NCBI GenBank assembly: GCA_965217115.1
Contig: OZ244239.1
Span: forward strand, 2,096,784-2,160,783
DNA: 64,000 nt
DNA from: Bdellovibrionales bacterium
GTDB lineage: Bacteria > Bdellovibrionota > Bdellovibrionia > Bdellovibrionales > CAYMLA01
Direction: 5' to 3'
The position numbers and the translations under genes were made by a program. The notes beneath the pieces were generated by a model. It saw only the letters and a program-made list of their open reading frames with translations, had not been told where the DNA came from and made no database searches. This document shows, piece by piece, positions 37,868 through 46,250 of this stretch; position 1 is the first letter of the stretch; each line of letters starts with the position of its first letter.

Positions 37868-39518
37868 TATAGGCTTTTTCCGACAAGTACTTAGTTCTCT
37901 CTAGAATCTTTTCTTTTGACCATTCGGGAGCCTCAAGAATATTTTTCTCGAAATGGGGATATTTGCTTACAAATATTTCTTTTTTATCAATAAAAGATTT
38001 ATTCTTAAGTTCCTCGCTATTATCTTTAGCTGTAACAAAGACAAGATTTCCAATATTAGCTTTATCGTTCATAGGCAGATCATCAACACTCTGAGAAGCA
38101 ATATGCTCAATTGTCATTAAACTGTAGTCTAGAGGTGTTCCTCTTCGAGAAGCTTCGTCAAATTTCCTCAAAATATATTGAATTATTTTTTTATCTTTAG
38201 TAAATTTATCTGAATATTTTAGATCAGCAAATGCAAGCTCAAACTCCTCATATGTTGGCTTATCCTGAGCTAACTTATTTTTAACATTATTTAAAACTGC
38301 GACCTTTTCTTGTTCATCTGGAGCGTGCCTTAGCTCTCTTGCTTTTTTAGCATAGTAAGATGAAAGACCACCTGAAGAACGCTGTGAGGTAACTGCATTG
38401 TGCATGAAGTGAAACTTTTCAATATAGTTAATGTATTTTTTTGCGTTTTTTAAGTTTATTTTTGTTGCATAATATTCAGCTAATATTGCAAGAACTATTG
38501 GCAATGGTTGTCTAACCTTAAAAACAGACAATGCTTCTAAGGATCTTTTTAAATTTTCTTCTTCATTAGTCCACTCCATATACGTTGGTTCATATATAGC
38601 TCTGTAATATTTAGACTCAATTAGCATTGCTTCTAAATGTTCTGATACATTTTCTGAATTGACGTTGTTTTTAAATTCTTTAAAAAGTTTCTTTTGTGTT
38701 GTGTATGTTTCTTTAGATAACCAGTAGTGGTAAATGAAAGTATTTATATCAATATCTATTTTTGAGGTTTGAATATTCCCGAGCATTTCCTTCCACTTGT
38801 CACGTACTCGATCCAATGTTTCTGTTTCACTTCTTAAAAGTTTTGTAATATGGTTTTTCACTAAGTCTGATGGCTGTAGATCTTTTCCACGCGTATTCAA
38901 TGTTTCAAATATAATATACGCGTCATCTTCATTATCAAGTTCAATAAATATTACTTTTAATCTAACAACCTGATCTCTTAAAGCCTTCAGATAATTAATT
39001 TTTTCTTTATCTGATTCAAAGTCATTAAGTTCACTACGAATTAAGCCTTTAAGAAGTTCAAAAGCATCTCTTAAAGCTTTTTCTTCATCTGTTATTGAGG
39101 TCATATTTTCATTATTATTAAAGCTTTGAATGCATTTATGAAAGTATGGATAAGACATTTCTGTCTGCAGAATAAACTGATCTTTATTATCCAGATCTTT
39201 TTTCATGATAAGTCGCTGAATGCCCTTCGCTAATTCTTCATTGTCTAAAATCTTTAAATGATCTCGAATCGCAGAGAATATTAAAGTTAAAGATGTTAAT
39301 CTTTGCTGGCCGTCTACAATCCCAAATAAACTTTGTTGCTTTTTGAAAACGACCATTGAACCAATGAAATATTCATTATCTGCTCTGTTCGTAATATCTG
39401 CCCAAAACTCTACTACATTATCTTTTTCCCAAGAGTATGGTCTTTGAAAGCGAGGTATTTGGTAAAAGCCACTTTCCAAAATTGATTTTATATCTTTATC
39501 TATGCTTGAAACTTTCAT
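37848..39518 (-). CDS. DUF262 / DUF1524 (GmrSD-like) nuclease, type IV restriction-like
   Basis: The DUF262 N-terminus is YQIPRFQRPYSWEKDNVVEFWADI ... DGQQRLTSL. The C-terminal His-Me-type region is MTIEHIASQS. ATG at 39518 lies 7 nt after the dcm stop (track start 39578, alternative 39536). Confidence 0.8.
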   Translation of the reverse strand: MKVSSIDKDIKSILESGFYQIPRFQRPYSWEKDNVVEFWADITNRADNEYFIGSMVVFKKQQSLFGIVDGQQRLTSLTLIFSAIRDHLKILDNEELAKGIQRLIMKKDLDNKDQFILQTEMSYPYFHKCIQSFNNNENMTSITDEEKALRDAFELLKGLIRSELNDFESDKEKINYLKALRDQVVRLKVIFIELDNEDDAYIIFETLNTRGKDLQPSDLVKNHITKLLRSETETLDRVRDKWKEMLGNIQTSKIDIDINTFIYHYWLSKETYTTQKKLFKEFKNNVNSENVSEHLEAMLIESKYYRAIYEPTYMEWTNEEENLKRSLEALSVFKVRQPLPIVLAILAEYYATKINLKNAKKYINYIEKFHFMHNAVTSQRSSGGLSSYYAKKARELRHAPDEQEKVAVLNNVKNKLAQDKPTYEEFELAFADLKYSDKFTKDKKIIQYILRKFDEASRRGTPLDYSLMTIEHIASQSVDDLPMNDKANIGNLVFVTAKDNSEELKNKSFIDKKEIFVSKYPHFEKNILEAPEWSKEKILERTKYLSEKAYNEIWSI

Positions 39519-39525
39519 TGTTGAA

Positions 39526-40701
39526 TTAGCCCCCATACTCTTTTGGAAGTTCTTTCGTAAAATTAACTTGAAACTCATCTTTATTATAGTTAGGAATAAG
39601 CTTCAAATTTTTTGAGTTTACTTTGTCATCAAAAAACTGTTTTCTAATTTCTTTACCAAGAAGTTCACCAATAGCAGAAGGGACAGCGTTTCCAATTTGC
39701 TTTTGAACATTAGAGTTCCCGCCTAATATTTCCACATCATCAGGAAAAGTTTGAATTCTGGCCATTTCTCTCATTGTGAGTCTTCTGTTATTCCAATGAA
39801 AAGGGCCGATAGCTGTTCCTGGTTGTGCTTGAATTGTCCAACTTGGTTTATCCGGGTGAAGTTTTAATAAGAAACTCCAATATCTTGAACGCCATTTAAA
39901 GAGTGGTTGTCCATTCCCCCTTTCGGTATGGAAAAGATAATTTTCTCCGGGAGGTATTGAAGGTAGCAATGCGCCCCATTTTCCTCCAACTTCTGATTCG
40001 TGATGAGTTTCCTCTTCTGGTACAAGATCACCAATTGCATCCCAAGCCGTTCTGAAAGTTTTGCCTCCAATTGCAAGCATTGGATTGTCATCATCTTTAG
40101 GAAAGAAACGAGCTTTTGGAAAATCAAATTCGTAACCATCTCTTGAACCAATAATGAAAACACGTTCTCTGATCTGAGACACACCAAAATGAGCTGTGTT
40201 TATTACTTTCCATTTAAAAGTGTAATTTACATCATTTCGTTCATTGATTTCTTTAATTGTATTTTCAAGGTAGCGAAGACCTTCATCTTTTCCCTTATAA
40301 GCAAGGCCAAAGACATTTTCTAATATAAAAGCATGAGGAAGAGTATCTTCTAAAACTCGCATATATTGATTAAGGGTATTTGATCTAGGGTCTTTCAATC
40401 TTTTAGCATCACCATCTCTCCAATACCCAGATTTTGAAAAAGGTTGGCATGGTGGTCCACCAATTAAAAGTCCAGCGTCGCCTCTTTTAAGCTTGGCTGC
40501 TTCTAAAATAGTTGCACTATCTACATTTTCAATTCTATCTTCAATAATAGGCCAGTTACGATTATGTCTTAATGTTTTACAACACCACTTATCCATTTCA
40601 ACTGCAACAGCAGTATTAAAACCTGCAGCTTCAACTCCGTAGTCGAGTCCTCCTGCACCTGTATAAAGACTAATTACTTTCTTGAGATTTTTTTTACTCA
40701 T
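39526..40701 (-). CDS. dcm: DNA (cytosine-5)-methyltransferase
   Basis: Motif I LYTGAGGLDYG, motif IV GGPPCQPFS, motif VI FILENV, motif VIII QIRERVFIIG, and motif X GNAVP. Confidence 0.9.
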   Translation of the reverse strand: MSKKNLKKVISLYTGAGGLDYGVEAAGFNTAVAVEMDKWCCKTLRHNRNWPIIEDRIENVDSATILEAAKLKRGDAGLLIGGPPCQPFSKSGYWRDGDAKRLKDPRSNTLNQYMRVLEDTLPHAFILENVFGLAYKGKDEGLRYLENTIKEINERNDVNYTFKWKVINTAHFGVSQIRERVFIIGSRDGYEFDFPKARFFPKDDDNPMLAIGGKTFRTAWDAIGDLVPEEETHHESEVGGKWGALLPSIPPGENYLFHTERGNGQPLFKWRSRYWSFLLKLHPDKPSWTIQAQPGTAIGPFHWNNRRLTMREMARIQTFPDDVEILGGNSNVQKQIGNAVPSAIGELLGKEIRKQFFDDKVNSKNLKLIPNYNKDEFQVNFTKELPKEYGG

Positions 40702-40780
40702 TAGTTGTACCTATTCCTTTAAAAATATTTTAACATTAAGTAAATTATTGAAAACTAGTAAAATTGTGCGACGGAAATAA

Positions 40781-40795
40781 TGTATTGTCAATACA
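40781..40795. promoter_or_regulatory. Putative operator (C-box-like palindrome) in the divergent dcm / C-protein intergenic region
   Basis: Perfect palindrome TGTATTG-T-CAATACA, 10 nt upstream of the ATG of the HTH gene and within the 104-bp divergent promoter region. Confidence 0.35.
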
Positions 40796-40805
40796 CGAGA
40801 ATAAA

Positions 40806-41039
40806 ATGCTGAAATTTAATTTAAAAAATGCAATGCAAGCTTATGAGGCAAAGACGGGCCTTCACCTAACCTATGAAGAACTAGGGCAAATGACTAGCAT
40901 TTCATCAGATACTTTGAAGTCTATCGCTACTCGGCCAGGCTACAACGCGACGCTCAAAATGATTTCAGATATTGCTTCTGTACTCAATATTGACCCAATA
41001 AAATATTTTGAATGGAAAATGGATAATAATGGCGAATAA
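40806..41039 (+). CDS. XRE-family HTH protein, probable R-M controller (C) protein
   Basis: A 77-aa HTH protein (LTYEELGQMTSISSDTLKSIATRPGYNATLKMISDIASVL), divergent from the methyltransferase and overlapping the start of the downstream nuclease gene. This is the classic C-R arrangement. Confidence 0.6.
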   Translation: MLKFNLKNAMQAYEAKTGLHLTYEELGQMTSISSDTLKSIATRPGYNATLKMISDIASVLNIDPIKYFEWKMDNNGE

Positions 41040-41895
41040 CAATATAACACTAGCAAAATTAACTGGATTATCAGAACAAGACCTTGCAGAAGTTTTTGCT
41101 AAAAATCCTCGCGCCTATATGGCTGTAAAGGGAGCTGTTGCTGAAAAGCACCTAGAGAAGCTTCTTCTAGAATATCAAGCAAACGGGAAGATTAAATGCT
41201 TTACGACGGCAAGTGGTGACTTCGATAAGGATTTCTATGTCATTCTTAACGATGGTAAAAAAATATCACTAGAATGCAAAAATATTCAAGTTCTAAGCAC
41301 ATCAAACAAAACTCTAGTATCACAATATATTAACTTTCTAATTGATAACAGTTACCTTGATGAGAGCTGGCTAAAAGGGACTATAAACAATTTAATTAAA
41401 AGTGGTGGTATTTTGCTTGAGCCAGACTCTAAAGACTCAATTGATTCTTTAGAGGATATATTTAAATTAATCCTAAGCCAAAAGACTAAAACGACAGACA
41501 AAGTATATAAATCATTCCCTCAAGACCTTCGTGAATCAGGTGTTCCTAGATATGAGTTTAGCTCTTTGCTAGTTAAAGAAAGTGACGCTCTTGTAAATGA
41601 TATTGATACATTTATTACTCAGTTTGATGATCATCCGTTATCTATTGATTTTCAAAGAACAAGAAATTCTACCGATGATGATGGTGATACCAAGAAACAA
41701 AGATTCTATTGTCTTGATGAGATAGATGTTGTTGGGGCCTGCCTCTTTTCAAGAACAATGAAGTGGCAATTTGTCTTTGGACACTCTAGACATTTCGCAA
41801 TTCATAAAAAATACGAAGATCGCTATGCTAATAAGCTTCTTATTGAACCTGGTAAATGGTCATCAGACTTAATCTCTTCTCTATCAATTAAATAG
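41029..41895 (+). CDS. Putative type II restriction endonuclease (PD-(D/E)xK)
   Basis: Candidate motif DFDKDFYV...KISLECKNI (D...ExK). Its position directly downstream of and overlapping the C gene, opposite an m5C methyltransferase, supports the call. I recognised no family. Confidence 0.4.
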   Translation: MANNNITLAKLTGLSEQDLAEVFAKNPRAYMAVKGAVAEKHLEKLLLEYQANGKIKCFTTASGDFDKDFYVILNDGKKISLECKNIQVLSTSNKTLVSQYINFLIDNSYLDESWLKGTINNLIKSGGILLEPDSKDSIDSLEDIFKLILSQKTKTTDKVYKSFPQDLRESGVPRYEFSSLLVKESDALVNDIDTFITQFDDHPLSIDFQRTRNSTDDDGDTKKQRFYCLDEIDVVGACLFSRTMKWQFVFGHSRHFAIHKKYEDRYANKLLIEPGKWSSDLISSLSIK

Positions 41896-42225
41896 GTTTC
41901 ATAGATTCCCCTCCACTTAAGTACGAGAGGTGAATTTATGAAACAAAATAAAATTAATGCAATATTGAAAATCAGACCCAACCTGCTTATGACCTTAGAA
42001 GTCTTGAGGTATTTGCTACTTATTTTCAATGCATTAGAGGTATATTTTTGGGACTTTAATCTAAAATTGAATTTTCTTATCATCCAAACCTTTGGAAGAA
42101 AAAAAATAGTAGAGGGCTTACCTATTAAGCATTTTTGTTTTAACTCACCTCAGCCTTTAGTTCAGTTCAGTTTAATTAAGTTTAACCGATATGCTTTACA
42201 AGGATAAAAATTCAAGGAGACATTC

Positions 42226-42777
42226 ATGAAAATTATAATACTCTTAACTTTAAGTCTCAGCTTAATTTCTTGTGCTGGAACGAAATTGGAAACCTCTGTT
42301 ACAAAAAATACTAACGCAAAAAGAGGTCCTTCTAGCCCGGAGAATGCACCAGAGCTTGGTCGTACAAGTGTAATGCAAGGATCAAACATCTACAGTTATA
42401 GCCGACCTATAAATATGAACCCTATTATAGCTAATATCACTTCTAGCGATGGGGGGCCAGTTCTTACGAGGTGGAGAATGCCAGAAAAAATTGATAGGGT
42501 TTGGACAGCAAAATTAGATTGGATGAAAATTAAAAAAAACGGACCTAGGTCCTTATTTAGAACTATCAAAATAACTGGAGCAGAAGAAATATCTCTAGTT
42601 TTAGATACTGGCATTATATATGCCAATATTAACCACAGGAGAGTAAAAATTGGACAAACGACAAGCCATCTTTTTGGTAGAGGAGAGACTCATTTTGATC
42701 AAGGGTACATACTAACTTGGCCTGTAGAGGTTAAGGACAAAGAGGATCAATTAGTTTTTAGAGAGCCACTTTTTTAG
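42226..42777 (+). CDS. Hypothetical lipoprotein
   Basis: RBS AAGGAG and lipobox MKIIILLTLSLSLISCAG. It is followed by the TGGGTCATAATCGCCGGGA repeat. Confidence 0.5.
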   Translation: MKIIILLTLSLSLISCAGTKLETSVTKNTNAKRGPSSPENAPELGRTSVMQGSNIYSYSRPINMNPIIANITSSDGGPVLTRWRMPEKIDRVWTAKLDWMKIKKNGPRSLFRTIKITGAEEISLVLDTGIIYANINHRRVKIGQTTSHLFGRGETHFDQGYILTWPVEVKDKEDQLVFREPLF

Positions 42778-42817
42778 GACGAGTCATTTACTTTAAGTTA
42801 GCAGTTTAACCTAAAAT

Positions 42818-42880
42818 GACCAATGGGTCATAATCGCCGGGAAATAAGAGTGGGTCATAATCGCCGGGATATAACACTAG
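42818..42880. repeat. Tandem 27-bp-period motif TGGGTCATAATCGCCGGGA x2
   Basis: Copies at 42824-42842 and 42851-42869. The whole block of about 60 bp recurs at 43555-43616, after the next lipoprotein gene. Confidence 0.7.
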
Positions 42881-42966
42881 TCAAAAGGTTAGTTTGATTT
42901 AGTTTAAATAATCCGATAAACTCTTAGGAAGGTAGATACAATATAAAAAAATGTGAGGGCTTTACT

Positions 42967-43545
42967 ATGAAAATAATTATACTGTCTCTGTTAGGCTTAA
43001 GTTTTGTTGCCTGTTCGGGAGTAGGGAGCAAAACAGCATCTGTTACACCGAAGAGAAACATAGCAAATACTGGCCTTGAAGAACACGTTTCGACACTACC
43101 AGAGAGTCCCCATAAAAGAAGCAAAAGTACTAAAATAGCCCTTGTTGATTGTTATAGTGCTGGCAAAAAAACTGTTAAAATTGCCAAAAAATTTATTGCC
43201 ATTGAAAGTCATACCTATAATAAAGACAATAGTTTTTCTGTAGATGGATTCCCTTTTTTAATATCAAATATTCTTAAAAACGATGATGGTGTATTTCGCT
43301 CTAGAAACGGACGTACCTTATCTGCTGGAGCTTATTTGATGGCGACTAATAAAAATATTAGGGTAAGATACATGTGTGGTTCAGGTAGTATAGAATGGTT
43401 TGGAGACATTGCGACCTTTTATAATAGGGCTAAAGGGTTTTATAGGGCTAGAGGAGGGTTTTATGGTGCAGATATGATGTTACTTGAAGACGATTTAATA
43501 AAACAAGGATTGACCAGGGAGAGTATTAAAGATTGGGATGATTAA
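42967..43545 (+). CDS. Hypothetical lipoprotein
   Basis: Lipobox MKIIILSLLGLSFVACSG. The upstream region and the downstream repeat are similar to those of the 42226 gene. Confidence 0.5.
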   Translation: MKIIILSLLGLSFVACSGVGSKTASVTPKRNIANTGLEEHVSTLPESPHKRSKSTKIALVDCYSAGKKTVKIAKKFIAIESHTYNKDNSFSVDGFPFLISNILKNDDGVFRSRNGRTLSAGAYLMATNKNIRVRYMCGSGSIEWFGDIATFYNRAKGFYRARGGFYGADMMLLEDDLIKQGLTRESIKDWDD

Positions 43546-43554
43546 ATCTCCTTT

Positions 43555-43616
43555 AACCAATGGGTCATAATCTCTGGAAAATAAAAGTGGGTCACATAAT
43601 CGCCGGGATATAACAA
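43555..43616. repeat. Second copy of the TGGGTCA(C)ATAATC..CCGGGA tandem motif block
   Basis: ACCAATGGGTCATAATCTCTGGAAAATAAAAGTGGGTCACATAATCGCCGGGATATAACA aligns to 42818-42880. Confidence 0.7.
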
Positions 43617-43778
43617 AGAATGTCTGTCCCTAGATAAATAATCAGACCCTAGCCGACAAGGCTAGGAGATCCTCTTGTGTGTACACACTCGATAGTTTTA
43701 TAATAACCCTCTAAAGAGCGCCGTTGTCTCTACATCGGCGCCGAGTTAATATAGACGGTTTGAGATAAAATCATTAGC

Positions 43779-44594
43779 TTATTGAATATTGAAAAGGTCA
43801 ATGCTTAAGCAAGCTAATTCCTCTGGTGTCGTTGTATCAATAACTCCACTGACCTCTTGTACTGTGTTTAGCAGTATCGCTTTAATTTTTTTTAAATCTT
43901 TCTTTGAAACAGTTAAAGGTGCTGTGAAGAAGAGCTCTCTATTTGAAGCTTTTTCGAGTTTTTCAATAGCTTTTAAACGCCAGTTTATATGATGTCGATT
44001 TATTAAAATTGAGTCCCTGTCTAAGTGCGTTTTAGAAATACCTTGAGATAATTTACCATCAACTTCAAGACATAACCCTGAGGAATTAAGAAATTTTAGA
44101 ACCTTTGATAAATCTTTTTTGTTAATATTAAAAAGCTGTTCTATATCATCAATAGAGCTTACCGTTTCAAGAGATGTTGCAAGCCATACGGCCATGAACC
44201 TCCAGTCAGAATAATATTGTGATTTCTGTTGTTCTGTTAACTCAACAGATTTTTTAATTCTAGACTTTACTGTAAAATATTTATCTTTTATCTGTTGAAG
44301 AATTGATTGATAGTACTCTTTAAGTTCCACTGTTCCAGATCGGGAATGATTTATAAGCACCATAAAGTAATCTCTATCATTTTCCGTTAGTCCAAAGTAG
44401 TCACATACCTTAAAAGCTTGCTCCACTGAAAACTCTTTAGAACCACTTAAGACTTGAGAGATTAAACTCGTATGGACATTTAAATACTTAGAGATGCGTA
44501 AAAACTCGCCTCGGCCATTTTTTGGCAGTGATGATATTCTATAGTTTAAATAATTTTTATAATTATCAAATTGGTATATAGAGTCCATTTGCAA
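43779..44594 (-). CDS. TIGR02147-family (DUF4423-type) HTH protein, paralog of 21083-21907
   Basis: NYKNYLNYRISSLPKNGRGEFLRISKYLNVHTSLISQVLSGSKEFS. It has the same length and architecture as the 21083 gene. Confidence 0.6.
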   Translation of the reverse strand: MQMDSIYQFDNYKNYLNYRISSLPKNGRGEFLRISKYLNVHTSLISQVLSGSKEFSVEQAFKVCDYFGLTENDRDYFMVLINHSRSGTVELKEYYQSILQQIKDKYFTVKSRIKKSVELTEQQKSQYYSDWRFMAVWLATSLETVSSIDDIEQLFNINKKDLSKVLKFLNSSGLCLEVDGKLSQGISKTHLDRDSILINRHHINWRLKAIEKLEKASNRELFFTAPLTVSKKDLKKIKAILLNTVQEVSGVIDTTTPEELACLSIDLFNIQ

Positions 44595-44747
44595 AGTTTA
44601 CCATTTGGTATTCAAAAAGCAATATTAAATACGGAATAAATCTAATTTTTATGAAGCAAAGGTGTGATATTTACTTCAGCGGTAAGGCAGATTTTTTGAC
44701 GTCTTACATAGATAATAGTATAAACATTTTACCTTGGGAGGCTAATA

Positions 44748-45758
44748 ATGAAGCTATTACTTTTATCATTTATTTTTCCTTTAATTTTAAACTCTTACGC
44801 ATGGGCTGATGCTGGATCAATGGGTTCTGGCGGAGGAATGGTGGTTGATTGTAATGGTTCAATTGAGCTTCTTGATGTTTTTGAAGCAAAGAAAAACATT
44901 AAACTCAAAATAATGCCTAGCTCAGAAAACACTCTTGATGACTACATTACTATCTATGTGAATAAGGCGAGACTTCAAAACCAGCTAAATGCAGGCAATG
45001 AGGAGTGGTGGAAGCGTCATTTTCATGAAAAATTTTACAAGGTTAAAAAGCTAATTAACTGGCATACTAGTACAGAGGAGCTACCATCGACAGGTGATGT
45101 TGGGAAAACTTATGGTGTTCCTAATAATTGCACAATCAGACAGGTTGCTATCTTCACAGACAAAAAACATCATATGATCATCGACAAAAACCTATGGAAT
45201 CGTATGAGCCATCTTTCTCGTGCAGCATTACTGGGGCATGAGGAATTTTATTTTTATCAAAGACAGCTTGGGGACACAACCTCGGAAAATACGCGTTCAT
45301 ATGTTGGACAGGTTATCGCAAATGCAGGTTCAATACCTGTATTAGATGGCAAAGATGAATATTCTTACTTTTGTAGAGCTAGGAATGGAAGTCTTCCCGT
45401 AATTGGAAAGACTGATTTTTACTTAAATATAAAAGAAGTCATTTGGGGAGATATGTTTCTTGGTTCGACACTTGAGTTTCAATTCACTCACTTACTTGGA
45501 AATGATCTCCTCGTTAGAAGTCGGGCTAGTATGGCTAAGTTGCCCGTTAAGTTAGATATTGATATTTATGGATTATCACTTAGGGAAGGTGAATCTGTAA
45601 AGAAGAGAGTTTATCTTGATACTGTTCATTCCCATTCTCACTCTCAAAGTCTCTATGTTGAATTTAAAATGATGAAAGGCCAACCTGCCGTGATAACTTT
45701 TTACAAAGGTGATGAAGAGCTTGGAACTGTTGATGTGAGAAACTGTTCTCACAGATAA
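44748..45758 (+). CDS. Secreted hypothetical protein with a WNR...HE motif
   Basis: Signal peptide MKLLLLSFIFPLILNSYAWA. It shares the WNRM...LLGHEEF block with the 19989 gene and is divergent from a TIGR02147 gene. Confidence 0.5.
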   Translation: MKLLLLSFIFPLILNSYAWADAGSMGSGGGMVVDCNGSIELLDVFEAKKNIKLKIMPSSENTLDDYITIYVNKARLQNQLNAGNEEWWKRHFHEKFYKVKKLINWHTSTEELPSTGDVGKTYGVPNNCTIRQVAIFTDKKHHMIIDKNLWNRMSHLSRAALLGHEEFYFYQRQLGDTTSENTRSYVGQVIANAGSIPVLDGKDEYSYFCRARNGSLPVIGKTDFYLNIKEVIWGDMFLGSTLEFQFTHLLGNDLLVRSRASMAKLPVKLDIDIYGLSLREGESVKKRVYLDTVHSHSHSQSLYVEFKMMKGQPAVITFYKGDEELGTVDVRNCSHR

Positions 45759-45825
45759 AAAAAATGGACTGCGCCCTTTAGATGGGATCGCTTTCCACCA
45801 AAGTTACAAAATAGGTCTATTAGCG

Positions 45826-45960
45826 GGTTTAATATCTAAAACATCTTTTTTTAAATTCACTCGGTGGACGATATCCAAGCGCCGAGTGAAGCCTTTTCTT
45901 TTGATAAAGCTACCTATATCCATTGAGATTTCCTACGATGGGTCGAACTTCTTCCTTTAA
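45826..45960 (-). pseudogene. Relic of an IS3-family (rve) transposase C-terminus
   Basis: The minus-strand translation is LKEEVRPIVGNLNGYR*LYQKKRLHSALGYRPPSEFKK. This matches the conserved IS3 OrfB end (YNxxRxHSALGYxxPxEF) but has an in-frame stop and no upstream catalytic domain. Confidence 0.55.
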
Positions 45961-46036
45961 AATACTTGATACAAAGTGATCTTTGCCTTTAAGCCTCTTT
46001 TTTTAAAGAATTTCAAAAAATAAAGAAAATTTAAAC

Positions 46037-46113
46037 TGGAGCGGGTGATGGGATTCGAACCCACGGCCTCAACCTTGGCAAGGTTGCGCTCTAGCCAGCT
46101 GAGCTACACCCGC
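46037..46113 (-). tRNA. tRNA-Gly (anticodon GCC)
   Basis: The reverse complement reads GCGGGTG-TA-GCTCAGCTGGCTAGAGC-G-CAACC-TTGCCAA-GGTTG-AGGCC-GTGGGTTCGAATCCCAT-CACCCGC-TCCA. It forms a clean cloverleaf with anticodon loop TTGCCAA and an encoded CCA. Confidence 0.9.
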
Positions 46114-46250
46114 AGATGGATAAAGAAAAAATAAAGGTACTTCATGGACTGTGAGACTGTCAAATATTGTTTTAATGGCGGCGGGCGGGTGGGCGCGGGG
46201 GCAGGTGAGGTGAAGTGAGGTGAGATGAGGGACTATAGACTCTTGGGGGA

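Noticed and set aside
41938-42389. Small ORFs (86-89 aa and 75 aa) between the restriction endonuclease gene and the first lipoprotein gene.
   Set aside because: They are AT-rich and overlap each other on both strands, with no RBS or domains. The region shares upstream similarity with the 42880-42966 promoter region, so it is likely regulatory or intergenic.
23570-46036. A search for attL/attR-type direct repeats of the tRNA-Gly 3' end (GGGATTCGAACCCAC...) and for an integrase gene bounding the island.
   Set aside because: I could find no such repeat or tyrosine/serine recombinase ORF by eye. The island cannot be called an integrative element on the present evidence.
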